DNA from: Candidatus Zambryskibacteria bacterium RIFCSPLOWO2_01_FULL_39_39
GTDB lineage: Bacteria > Patescibacteriota > Minisyncoccia > Phycocordibacterales > WO2-35-19
Reading direction: 5' to 3'
Assembly (NCBI GenBank): GCA_001823925.1
Contig: MHWB01000011.1
Location: 25,471 to 89,470, forward strand
Length of the DNA stretch: 64,000 nucleotides
The notes under the pieces are model-generated. The model was not told the DNA's origin. It made no database searches and saw only the letters and a program-made list of their open reading frames with translations. Shown here in pieces: positions 56,240-64,000 of the stretch. The stretch's first letter is position 1; the number at the start of each line of letters is the position of its first letter. The position numbers were made by a program, and so were the translations under genes.

Positions 56240-56399
56240 AGTGTTAAATTTCTAATTATTCTAATTCCTCTAATTATTCTAAAAAATGTCCAATAATAAA
56301 TAACTAAATCTCAAAAAAAGTTTGCAACCCTTTGTTTTTATTGAAGTTCGGGTTTCGTTCATTGTTTAGGTTAATTAGGTCAATTAGAAATTAGGTTAA

Positions 56400-56912
56400 T
56401 TATTGAAGCGGTTCTCTGTATGGATCGTCGCTAGCAATGTAATTGTGAATTATTTTTGGCAGTTCCCTCCCTTGTTGTTCATCAGTTGGTAAATTACTAG
56501 GCACTTCTGCAACCCTCATCGCCTTGGCTTGATTTAATATTATCTTTTCAAAGCTTGTCCCCACATTGTTTTGTGGCGACTTTTCTGCTTTCTCTTCGTT
56601 TTGCCACATTAAATTTATTTCATTTGTCACTTTGTTAAAAATGTTTTTCTCCGCATCTTCAGCGACCCACCCCGCCATATTAGAATCTATTTCCAACTCC
56701 CTTTTTATATTTTCCGCAAAATCATTTTTGGGTTCAAAACACAAAAGAACAAGAAAAACTTCATTTTCAAAGGAAGCATACTTTTCTTCATCAAAATTGA
56801 ATTGTTTGCCAATTTTTTCTGTATCTTTTCTCCAATTTTCATCCAATATAAAAGCTCTCAATTGAGGAGATAAAATGTTCAGCCTTTCTTTTATTGTTTC
56901 TTTGTAATCCAT
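56400..56912 (-). CDS. Hypothetical protein
   Basis: 170 aa. Confidence 0.3.
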   Translation of the reverse strand: MDYKETIKERLNILSPQLRAFILDENWRKDTEKIGKQFNFDEEKYASFENEVFLVLLCFEPKNDFAENIKRELEIDSNMAGWVAEDAEKNIFNKVTNEINLMWQNEEKAEKSPQNNVGTSFEKIILNQAKAMRVAEVPSNLPTDEQQGRELPKIIHNYIASDDPYREPLQ

Positions 56913-56922
56913 AATTTATGGG

Positions 56923-59304
56923 CTAGGTGGTGGTGGGTGGGGGAGGAGGTGGAGGGGGCGTAGGTGTTCCACCACCTCCGCCCTTTGCCTTGTCTTCTGC
57001 TTCTTTCATCTCTTTTAATAAATCAGCCGCTTTTTCGTTAGGTGATTTTCCTTTAGCCTGTTTCATTATCTCTCTTGCGGCAGCCTTATTACCCGCCCAA
57101 TTAAATTTCTCTGGCATTTTCCCTCCAGCATATTTTCCAATACCGGCACCAATACCAGCTCCTATAACGGAGCCAATTGGACCGGCTAGTCCACCCAGAA
57201 CACCACCAACAATAGCCCCAGATGAAGTTGATACTGGACTACCACTTCTTGTTTTTTCTGCATAAGCTTTTTGTCTTTCTTCACCAGCTTTCTTCATTTT
57301 CTGCGTGCTTTCTGAATATTCCTCATCATCTATTTCCTTTTTATTCTTTCTCTTTTCTGCTTCTTTTGCCACATCCTTTTTGTCATTAGCAACTTCTGCC
57401 AACTTTTTATAAATCTCATCATTTTCCTCAATTTCTTTTTTGGCTTCTTCTTTCAATTTTATTTCATTTGATAATCTTGTATTTATGGAATCAAGCTCTT
57501 TTCTCACCATTTCTGTTCTGGCCACATCACCACTTCTTCTTACAACATCTAGCTCCCTTTCTTTTTCTTGTTTCTCTCTCTTTATATTCTCTTGATTTTC
57601 TGTGTACGGTTTCAGTTTGTCGTTCAAATCTCTCCTTCTCTCATTTTCGGCTCTATCTGCTTCTGATTTTGTCTGATTTGCAACTGTTGCCCTCCCCGCT
57701 CTAATTTCTGCTTCCTCATCTTTCTTTGCTTTTTCAAATGCTTCTTTTTCTGTATCGGTCTGCCCATAAACCCCTTTTGCATACTTGGCTTTTTCTTTGG
57801 CCTTATCCTCTACTGCCTTAACAAATCCTCCTACTCCCCCAGCTTTACCGGCTATACCCATTACATCACTGGCACCAATAGTTTTACCTAATTTTGTATC
57901 AGCCAAACCGCGCGCATCATAACTGGCTTTACCTCCTTTGTTAGCCAACCAAAGTCCAGCTCTGCCAGTCGCCGATTTTGACCACTTCTCTCTTTGAGTT
58001 TCGGATATCAAACTAGATCCTCTACCAATAACAGTTCTCCCCGCTAAAGCGGCTCCACCAATAGCTACGGTGCCGATGCCACCGGAAATTTCTTTAAACC
58101 CATACGTTGAGCTTGCCATTTTTTTGGCAAAGACAAGTGCGGCTATGGAAAAGCCGATGATTAAGACGTAGTTAACTATTAGGGCCATGGCGCTTTGAGG
58201 ATTGGTTGTTAGTTCTGTCCACGGTCCTGTTGCTGGATTTATCTTGACAAGAGAAGTGCCAAGTTTAAAAACAACCCAAGTTAAGGCAAAATAGAGAGGG
58301 GCAAAAAATGATTGGGCCACCAAGGCATTCCACCATTCGTCAAAGTGTTTTTTTATCCCGGGGCTGGGGAAGATAAACGCGATTGCCGCTAGAGGAGAAA
58401 GTATCATTAAGAAAATAAGTATAATAAAGCGGGCAGCAAACATTATGCCGGCTATCAAAAATATAACAGCGGCGATTAGCATAAACACCGAAGTCATAAT
58501 GCCGATGATCAAAATTTGAACAGGATCTTTTAAATTTGGATTATCCAAAACATTGGCACTATAAAATGTTTGCATTCCAAGCATATTCATATAACCTGCC
58601 GAAATTCCTGAAAATTTCCCCTCAACTCGGTTTCCAGAGGCATCTAGTGTGGCCGTATTACTTGCTATTGACTTGTAAAAACCGTCAGCCACGATATTGG
58701 ACGCATCAATAACTACTTTGGAAAAGAATAAACTGAAGTTTATAAGCAGAGCTACGATAATAATATCTTTGATTGTTTTGCCGATACTTCCGAAGTTTAG
58801 CTCAAACATTGCTTTAAATGCGGCATAAAGAAGTACAAATATAAAACATATATTGGCCACGTCTCGCAGAGTTGCCCAAGCAACGGTGATACTGCCGCCT
58901 ACTCCATTGGGGTCGCCAATGTTTGTCGCCATTTTTACAATAGAAAAATCGATTACCTTATCAAATATAAGTCCACTCAACATTAAGATAAGAGATGAAA
59001 AACCCATCAAAAGTCTTGCAATACCTTGAAAAAGGGGCGAGACTAAATAATCAACAGCCACTCCCGCCACTGAACTGTTTTGTCCTGGTTGGGTCGGCAT
59101 TACACAAGCCACTGTAGATGCTCCGGTTGCTGAAAATGTTTGATTTCTACCACCAGCCGCTAATTCTGCTGGCGTACATTCTGCCCCAAACACAACAGAT
59201 GGGATTGAAACCCCCACCAAAACAACCGTCAGTATTCCAAGTGTTATCCAATTAGAGATAACAAACTTTCTGTTTTTTTTATTTATAATATTTGCGGGCT
59301 TCAT
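56923..59304 (-). CDS. VirB6/TrbL-like polytopic membrane protein with a long coiled coil and a Gly-zipper / poly-Pro C-terminus
   Basis: Many TM helices in the N-terminal 400 aa; KE-rich coiled coil; C-terminal GGGGGTPTPPPPPPPP. Confidence 0.4.
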   Translation of the reverse strand: MKPANIINKKNRKFVISNWITLGILTVVLVGVSIPSVVFGAECTPAELAAGGRNQTFSATGASTVACVMPTQPGQNSSVAGVAVDYLVSPLFQGIARLLMGFSSLILMLSGLIFDKVIDFSIVKMATNIGDPNGVGGSITVAWATLRDVANICFIFVLLYAAFKAMFELNFGSIGKTIKDIIIVALLINFSLFFSKVVIDASNIVADGFYKSIASNTATLDASGNRVEGKFSGISAGYMNMLGMQTFYSANVLDNPNLKDPVQILIIGIMTSVFMLIAAVIFLIAGIMFAARFIILIFLMILSPLAAIAFIFPSPGIKKHFDEWWNALVAQSFFAPLYFALTWVVFKLGTSLVKINPATGPWTELTTNPQSAMALIVNYVLIIGFSIAALVFAKKMASSTYGFKEISGGIGTVAIGGAALAGRTVIGRGSSLISETQREKWSKSATGRAGLWLANKGGKASYDARGLADTKLGKTIGASDVMGIAGKAGGVGGFVKAVEDKAKEKAKYAKGVYGQTDTEKEAFEKAKKDEEAEIRAGRATVANQTKSEADRAENERRRDLNDKLKPYTENQENIKREKQEKERELDVVRRSGDVARTEMVRKELDSINTRLSNEIKLKEEAKKEIEENDEIYKKLAEVANDKKDVAKEAEKRKNKKEIDDEEYSESTQKMKKAGEERQKAYAEKTRSGSPVSTSSGAIVGGVLGGLAGPIGSVIGAGIGAGIGKYAGGKMPEKFNWAGNKAAAREIMKQAKGKSPNEKAADLLKEMKEAEDKAKGGGGGTPTPPPPPPPPTTT

Positions 59305-59327
59305 AAATTATTTAATCTTTGACGGGA

Positions 59328-60473
59328 TTATGGCACAGTAGTACAAGATGGATCTGCGGGGTTGTATAACGGACTTGTTGAATTACAAACTTGAGTTTCG
59401 AATGGGCAGAGAGGGGTTACTCCTACTCCCGCACATGGATCTGGCGGTGGTATATCCAATATGCCTGTATTTTGAGAAGAACCAAAATAATCAACAGTTG
59501 TCTCCACAGTTGATAGCTGCTCACTAAATACTTGATTACCGGTTGTTGCATCGGGTTTACTCAAGCTCCTCAACCCTTTTCCTATGCCACCCACTACTGA
59601 CGAAACAAGTTTATTAAGAAGCGCGCTTACTATTTCATTTATTTCATCTGCTACTACCAGTTTATCTTGTCCAAGTCCAAGCTGTTTATTTAGTTGATCT
59701 GAAATAACCGATCCGGGAGTACTTGTTTTTTCCGAAATACATGGGGGCGGATCGGTAACCTGCTTTTTTGTGCCCTCTATATATTTATTAGATCCGTCTG
59801 CTTGTAATTCAAATCTTCCACCCTCTTCTACCGTTCTTGTGGTTGCTACCCCATGCTTTGTACATTCATTAAAAGACATAAAACCATTACCCCAGTCAAG
59901 CTCTTTTTGTTTGGTCCCTTGTCTGGTGGCAATCTGAAGATTCAATTCGTTTTGAGCTTGTAGGTATGCCCCGATCGGATTGTTTTGTTGTCTCTGGGTT
60001 AGTTCAAAGAAATTGTCCCAACCGCCATTTTCAAAATTATTCATAAAATCATCCATATTTTTACCCACTTGAGTTAGGGTGCATTGCCAGACTCTGTCTT
60101 GATTATAATTTTGAGTGAGAGCCAGCCTTATTTTGGCCTGTATTGGCCCACACAGAAAGTTTAGATTTGGATTACTAAATATGTATTGACCCGCCACCTT
60201 ATCACCAATATCTTTAAAATAGGCCTCAGGGTCGGTAACAAAGGCGGGGCTACCCTTAAAACCGCCATTTATCCAATTGACGGTACTAGCCGTCATTCTT
60301 TCCATTATTAGAATTACTATTGTCCATGCGAACGCGTCAAGTCCATAATTTTTTACTGAATCCATGGGATCATAAATCACCCACTGAGCTTGGGCTGGTA
60401 TTGCAAAAACTGGAGAAAAAACAAATATAATCGTCAAGATTGAGACTATAATTTTTTTATTAAATTCATTCAT
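59328..60473 (-). CDS. Hypothetical secreted protein
   Basis: Signal peptide; 381 aa. Confidence 0.35.
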   Translation of the reverse strand: MNEFNKKIIVSILTIIFVFSPVFAIPAQAQWVIYDPMDSVKNYGLDAFAWTIVILIMERMTASTVNWINGGFKGSPAFVTDPEAYFKDIGDKVAGQYIFSNPNLNFLCGPIQAKIRLALTQNYNQDRVWQCTLTQVGKNMDDFMNNFENGGWDNFFELTQRQQNNPIGAYLQAQNELNLQIATRQGTKQKELDWGNGFMSFNECTKHGVATTRTVEEGGRFELQADGSNKYIEGTKKQVTDPPPCISEKTSTPGSVISDQLNKQLGLGQDKLVVADEINEIVSALLNKLVSSVVGGIGKGLRSLSKPDATTGNQVFSEQLSTVETTVDYFGSSQNTGILDIPPPDPCAGVGVTPLCPFETQVCNSTSPLYNPADPSCTTVP

Positions 60474-60523
60474 AATTTTAATTTTTGTAGCCTTTCGTTA
60501 ATAAATTTGTTATTTCGTATTAA

Positions 60524-61381
60524 TTATATACCGTATAATAAGTAGTAACCACCGCTACCTTGTTTATAAACAATATTGTTTTTAATGATAAAGACGTTTG
60601 TCGCTTGTTTGGCTTGTATAAATATAGTCAGACCTTCTTTGTATAGTTGCATAGATGATAAGCTTTTGATTGGGTCGCTAAAGACAGTTCTCATTTCCTT
60701 TAGGGCTATTGCCATACCTATTATGCCGTTCACCATATCCAAATGCGCTTTGACAAAAGTTTGCGGGACAGGCATTTCAATAAGGTCCTCGGCACTCTTT
60801 TCATAAACAGCAATGATAGTATTTAATTCCTCTGTTTTTGAAGGGTCTCGCGAGCTCACGGCACTGCTTATTATTTCTAGCTCATTTTTTACTTCTTGCG
60901 GTTTGTTATTTCTCAAAATATTTCCCAAATTTTCACCATAATCAATCATCGTCTGTTTGCCACCGTCTGAAATAATATTGAGTTTTGTTTCCAACGTAAC
61001 CTCGCCTCCCAATTGGGAAGCCAAGTTTGCCGTTTGATCTACCAATTTTTGAGCTGACTCTTGATTTAAAGAGCCATTCTGTTTTAGAGCTAAGTAATTT
61101 GATATCAATGTTTTTGATATGGTGTCGGTGGCGGTTTCTTCCCCGCCAGCCCCTACTTCTTCTTTTGCCTGAACCCCTTCTGTATTTTGAGACACTTCGC
61201 CCAATTCATTTTGCCAATTTGGATTTTCTGGTATGTTTAATTTTTCTCCGGCCACCAAGTTGCTTGCAAAATTTATAGCAGTGCTACTCTTATCTCTACC
61301 AAAAGCAATAATGATGGCTCCCACCAACGCAGTCGTTAATATAAAAATACTTAAAACTTTTTTACTTGGCATAATCACCAC
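60524..61381 (-). CDS. Hypothetical membrane-anchored protein
   Basis: N-terminal TM; 285 aa. Confidence 0.35.
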   Translation of the reverse strand: MVIMPSKKVLSIFILTTALVGAIIIAFGRDKSSTAINFASNLVAGEKLNIPENPNWQNELGEVSQNTEGVQAKEEVGAGGEETATDTISKTLISNYLALKQNGSLNQESAQKLVDQTANLASQLGGEVTLETKLNIISDGGKQTMIDYGENLGNILRNNKPQEVKNELEIISSAVSSRDPSKTEELNTIIAVYEKSAEDLIEMPVPQTFVKAHLDMVNGIIGMAIALKEMRTVFSDPIKSLSSMQLYKEGLTIFIQAKQATNVFIIKNNIVYKQGSGGYYLLYGI

Positions 61382-61471
61382 TTAAGTATATCACCCAACA
61401 ATAGATGTTAGCATTGTGTTTTGTGCACAAATTAATTTTCAATACCAAATTTAATATCTGGTAGCAACTCT

Positions 61472-62380
61472 TTAATCTTTCAATATTTCTTTGACCAAAT
61501 TAAACCAATCCTCCACTCTCAAATCTTCGGCTCTCGCCTTCTCCGAAATCCCGCATTTCCCAAAACTCTCTCCCAGTCTTAATGTGTCAAGGTTGAACCT
61601 TGACACACCAGCGAGATTGCTTAGTAAAAGCTTCCTTTTGTGGGCAAATCCAGCTTTTAGTATTTCAAAAAATCTTTTTTCAGAAATTCCTTCGTTTCTT
61701 TCCTTTTTTGATGTAAGGGTGGTTGGAAAGGTTATTTTAAATCTGTCTTTACTTATATTCCTTATAGAAATAATGGCAGAATCTACTTTTGGTTTGGGGA
61801 AGAAACTCCCCGCTTTTATAATTCCACCATATTTAGGCTCTCCGTAAGCTTTTATTGAAATACTCAAAATACTTTCCTTGCCCGCCGTAGCTTTATGCGA
61901 AGGCTGGGTTTTTCTGTCGCGGGCCATTATCCTCTCTGCCACTTCTTTTTGCACCACAAAAGTAATTGATTTTGGAGGATTTGCAGACTCCAAAGCTTTT
62001 TTAAATAATGTGCCGGTTATGTAATACGGAATGTTGCCAACTAGCTTATAAGTGTCAAGGGGCGTCTTTTGGGACCGAGGCATTTCAAAGACGCCCTTTG
62101 ACACTTTCAGCACATCCCCTACTATTATCTGTAATCTGTTGCTTGCTATTTCTTGACTGAATTTGTTTTCAAGTTTTTTAGCAAGATTTTCATCTTTTTC
62201 TATCGCTATTATTTTAGATGCTTTTGTGAGCAAAATCTCAGTGAGTGTTCCCTCTCCTGGTCCCACTTCTACCACTACATCTGTTTTTTCAATTTGCGCG
62301 AAATCAGCAATTTTTTTCAAAATCACCCTATCTCTCAAAAAATTCTGCCCTAATGATTTTTTAGCTTTATGTTTAATCAT
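61472..62380 (-). CDS. rsmA: 16S rRNA (adenine1518/1519-N6)-dimethyltransferase (likely start MIKHK at 62380)
   Basis: SLGQNFL motif; VVEVGPGEGTLT SAM-binding motif. Confidence 0.85.
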   Translation of the reverse strand: MIKHKAKKSLGQNFLRDRVILKKIADFAQIEKTDVVVEVGPGEGTLTEILLTKASKIIAIEKDENLAKKLENKFSQEIASNRLQIIVGDVLKVSKGVFEMPRSQKTPLDTYKLVGNIPYYITGTLFKKALESANPPKSITFVVQKEVAERIMARDRKTQPSHKATAGKESILSISIKAYGEPKYGGIIKAGSFFPKPKVDSAIISIRNISKDRFKITFPTTLTSKKERNEGISEKRFFEILKAGFAHKRKLLLSNLAGVSRFNLDTLRLGESFGKCGISEKARAEDLRVEDWFNLVKEILKD

Positions 62381-62627
62381 AGATATCCTTTCGGTGGCCG
62401 ATTGATAAAAATGAAGCTGAATTTTCGTCGGCAAACTTGAACAACACTCTGTATTTTCTAGTAATTCTAAAAGAGAGGAGCACTGTACCTATTATTTTTT
62501 TGGCGTGAAGTCGCGGATCCTTCCAATTTATAATAAATAGATTTTCTTGTTTTTTATAAATTCTTTTTATTCCAGTGGGGAGAGAAATTAATACTTTGTT
62601 GAACTTTTGTGAATAGAATATTTTCAT
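62373..62627 (-). CDS. Type II toxin, RelE/ParE family
   Basis: 84 aa; YRVLFKF...SASFLSIGHRKDIY. Confidence 0.55.
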   Translation of the reverse strand: MKIFYSQKFNKVLISLPTGIKRIYKKQENLFIINWKDPRLHAKKIIGTVLLSFRITRKYRVLFKFADENSASFLSIGHRKDIYD

Positions 62628-62872
62628 CGGGCTCTAAAAAATCTGCCATTCTTAAAATCGGCGAGTCCTCTCTTTAGACTACGAATGCTTTCTTCTGTAT
62701 AATCATCCAAACTTTCCTCCTCAAGTGTCAAACCCACATTAATTTTCCCATCAACAAAAGATTTAGCGGCAGATTTAAAAAAGTCACTAATGGTGATACC
62801 TTCTTCTTTAGCCTTCTTTTGCACGGCCTTTTTAAGTTTATCCTCTAGCCTAAACATTATTTGAGTAGTCAT
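62624..62872 (-). CDS. Antitoxin (RelB/DinJ-like)
   Basis: 82 aa; overlaps the toxin start; the 10-bp perfect palindrome tgttataaca lies upstream at ~62890. Confidence 0.45.
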   Translation of the reverse strand: MTTQIMFRLEDKLKKAVQKKAKEEGITISDFFKSAAKSFVDGKINVGLTLEEESLDDYTEESIRSLKRGLADFKNGRFFRAR

Positions 62873-62910
62873 ATTATAAGTATATACTTTGTTATAACAT
62901 TGTCAATATT

Positions 62911-64000
62911 CTAAAACTCTATATGTAAGAGGGGTTTTCGTTTTGGGGTATAATCTAGAAATTCACGCTCCAAATATTCGTCCGGGATTTCTAAAATAAA
63001 TTCAGAAGGAATATTCACTCCCCGACTGCCAAAAATGGTGCGAGTTTGAGCATAGGAGAGAAAAAGTTTTTTCTTGGCGCGGGTGACAGCTACATAAAAA
63101 AGCCTTCGCTCTTCCTCCGCTTCTTCTTCGCTTACGTTTTCATCATTATTTCTATCATGTGGGAAAAGTCCTTCTTCTAGACCAGTCACAAAAACATAAG
63201 CAAACTCAAGACCTTTTGAAGCGTGAACCGTCATGAGTCTTACCCCGTCCTTCTCTTTTTTGTCACTGTCTTGATCTGAGGTGAGCGAGGTGTCTTCTAA
63301 TAATTTTTCCACCCCCTCTTCTGGATTTAATTTATCATATCTAGAGGCAAGTGCGGCCAATTCTTTTATATTTTCTATCCTTTCCGTCCCCTCCTCTGTT
63401 TTTTCCAAATTTTTGTTTAACCCCACCTCTTCGGCTATAAACATAATAGTTCTTGAAGGAGGATTCTGGACCGCAAAATTTTTGATTCTTCGCAGAAGTT
63501 CTCTAAAGACTGACATTTTTATTTTCATCCCCGCCGGCAGAGATTCTTCCTTGCCCTCAACTATTTTAAGCAAAGTAGTTTTGCCGATACCACGAGGTGG
63601 TACGTTTATGATACGCTTTAAATCAGAGATACTTTCGGGGTTAAAACAAAATCTCAAAAATGCCAAAATATCTTTGATTTCTTTTCTTTCAAAAAATCTA
63701 GTTCCCAATACTTGGTAAGGCACATCTTTGGCCAAAAACTCCTCCTCCAAAACTCTTGACTGAAAATTGGCGCGATAAAGTACGGCTATTTCCGAAAGAG
63801 GCACTCCATTTTTTTGTAGCTCCTTTGCTTTTAAGGCGACGAACTCTGCCTCATGGTTTTCGGTTAAGGCTTCAAAGAGTCCGACCTTTTCTCCAACTGC
63901 ATTTTTTGTTATTAAAATTTTTTCTTTTCTAAATTTATTTTTTTCAATAATTTTGTTTGCCACAGCAAGTATTGTTTTGGTGGAACGATAATTTTCTTCC
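62911..64000 (-). CDS. UvrD/PcrA/Rep-family SF1 DNA helicase, C-terminal part (the N-terminus lies beyond the window end)
   Basis: The reading frame stays open upstream of the listed ATG to the window edge; MTVHASKGLEFAYVFV and VAVTRAKKKLFL helicase motifs. Confidence 0.75.
   Translation of the reverse strand, partial: EENYRSTKTILAVANKIIEKNKFRKEKILITKNAVGEKVGLFEALTENHEAEFVALKAKELQKNGVPLSEIAVLYRANFQSRVLEEEFLAKDVPYQVLGTRFFERKEIKDILAFLRFCFNPESISDLKRIINVPPRGIGKTTLLKIVEGKEESLPAGMKIKMSVFRELLRRIKNFAVQNPPSRTIMFIAEEVGLNKNLEKTEEGTERIENIKELAALASRYDKLNPEEGVEKLLEDTSLTSDQDSDKKEKDGVRLMTVHASKGLEFAYVFVTGLEEGLFPHDRNNDENVSEEEAEEERRLFYVAVTRAKKKLFLSYAQTRTIFGSRGVNIPSEFILEIPDEYLEREFLDYTPKRKPLLHIEF

Noticed and set aside
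1-64000. Search for CRISPR arrays, rRNA genes and integrase or transposase genes
   Set aside because: No regularly spaced short direct repeats, no rRNA-like conserved blocks, and no tyrosine/serine recombinase or DDE transposase ORF were seen. The repeats present are the DGR TR/VR pairs, the GC-rich TIR elements and the AT-rich taattag repeats.

Overview
The window is AT-rich (roughly one-third GC by eye) and gene-dense. It looks like a chromosomal segment of a small-genome bacterium; gene content and style suggest Candidate Phyla Radiation / Patescibacteria (inference). No rRNA genes and no CRISPR array were seen.

**Housekeeping backbone.**
- Four aminoacyl-tRNA synthetases: metG, glyQS, ileS, tyrS.
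- Replication-origin neighbourhood: dnaA-dnaN with DnaA-box motifs between them, and divergent rpmH-rnpA-yidC.
- DNA repair/recombination: polA, tsaE, ruvA, ruvB, yebC-ruvC, fpg, ksgA, a partial uvrD-like helicase.
- Cell envelope: a class A penicillin-binding protein and a Mur ligase.
- Six tRNAs: Val, Arg(TCT), Ser, Arg(GCG?), Lys.
- Type IV pilus genes: pilM/N/O-like and pilB.

**Accessory content worth a second look.**
1. A diversity-generating retroelement (DGR). It has a reverse transcriptase with the GNLTSQ/YADD motifs, a divergently oriented Avd-like four-helix-bundle gene, and a TR1/VR1 pair whose mismatches are all at TR adenines. A second, unrelated TR2/VR2 cassette with the same signature lies about 15 kb away with no RT nearby. 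Both target genes are GC-rich islands. Each TR and each VR is followed by a GC hairpin. A C11 tract sits in the RT/avd divergent promoter.
2. A family of GC-rich palindromic elements bounded by terminal inverted repeats (CCTCACCCC ... GGGGTGAGG). One copy is inserted in frame inside tsaE. A similar but distinct 20-bp palindrome sits in frame inside the partial TatD gene. One complete copy directly abuts a DUF559 (Vsr-like) endonuclease gene, and a second DUF559 gene sits inside a split copy.
3. IleRS carries a complete histidine-phosphatase (PGM-like) domain inserted in its core.
4. A type IV secretion/conjugation-like cluster: VirB4-like ATPase, PrgI/VirB3-like, VirB6/TrbL-like and TrbC/VirB2-like genes plus secreted proteins. 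It is flanked by AT-rich 'taattag' repeats.
5. Four RelE/ParE-type toxin-antitoxin pairs with palindromic operator candidates.
6. A PaaX-like regulator flanked by a 32-bp direct repeat that also precedes DGR target gene 1.

All calls rest on reading the sequence and the ORF translations by eye; no searches were run.
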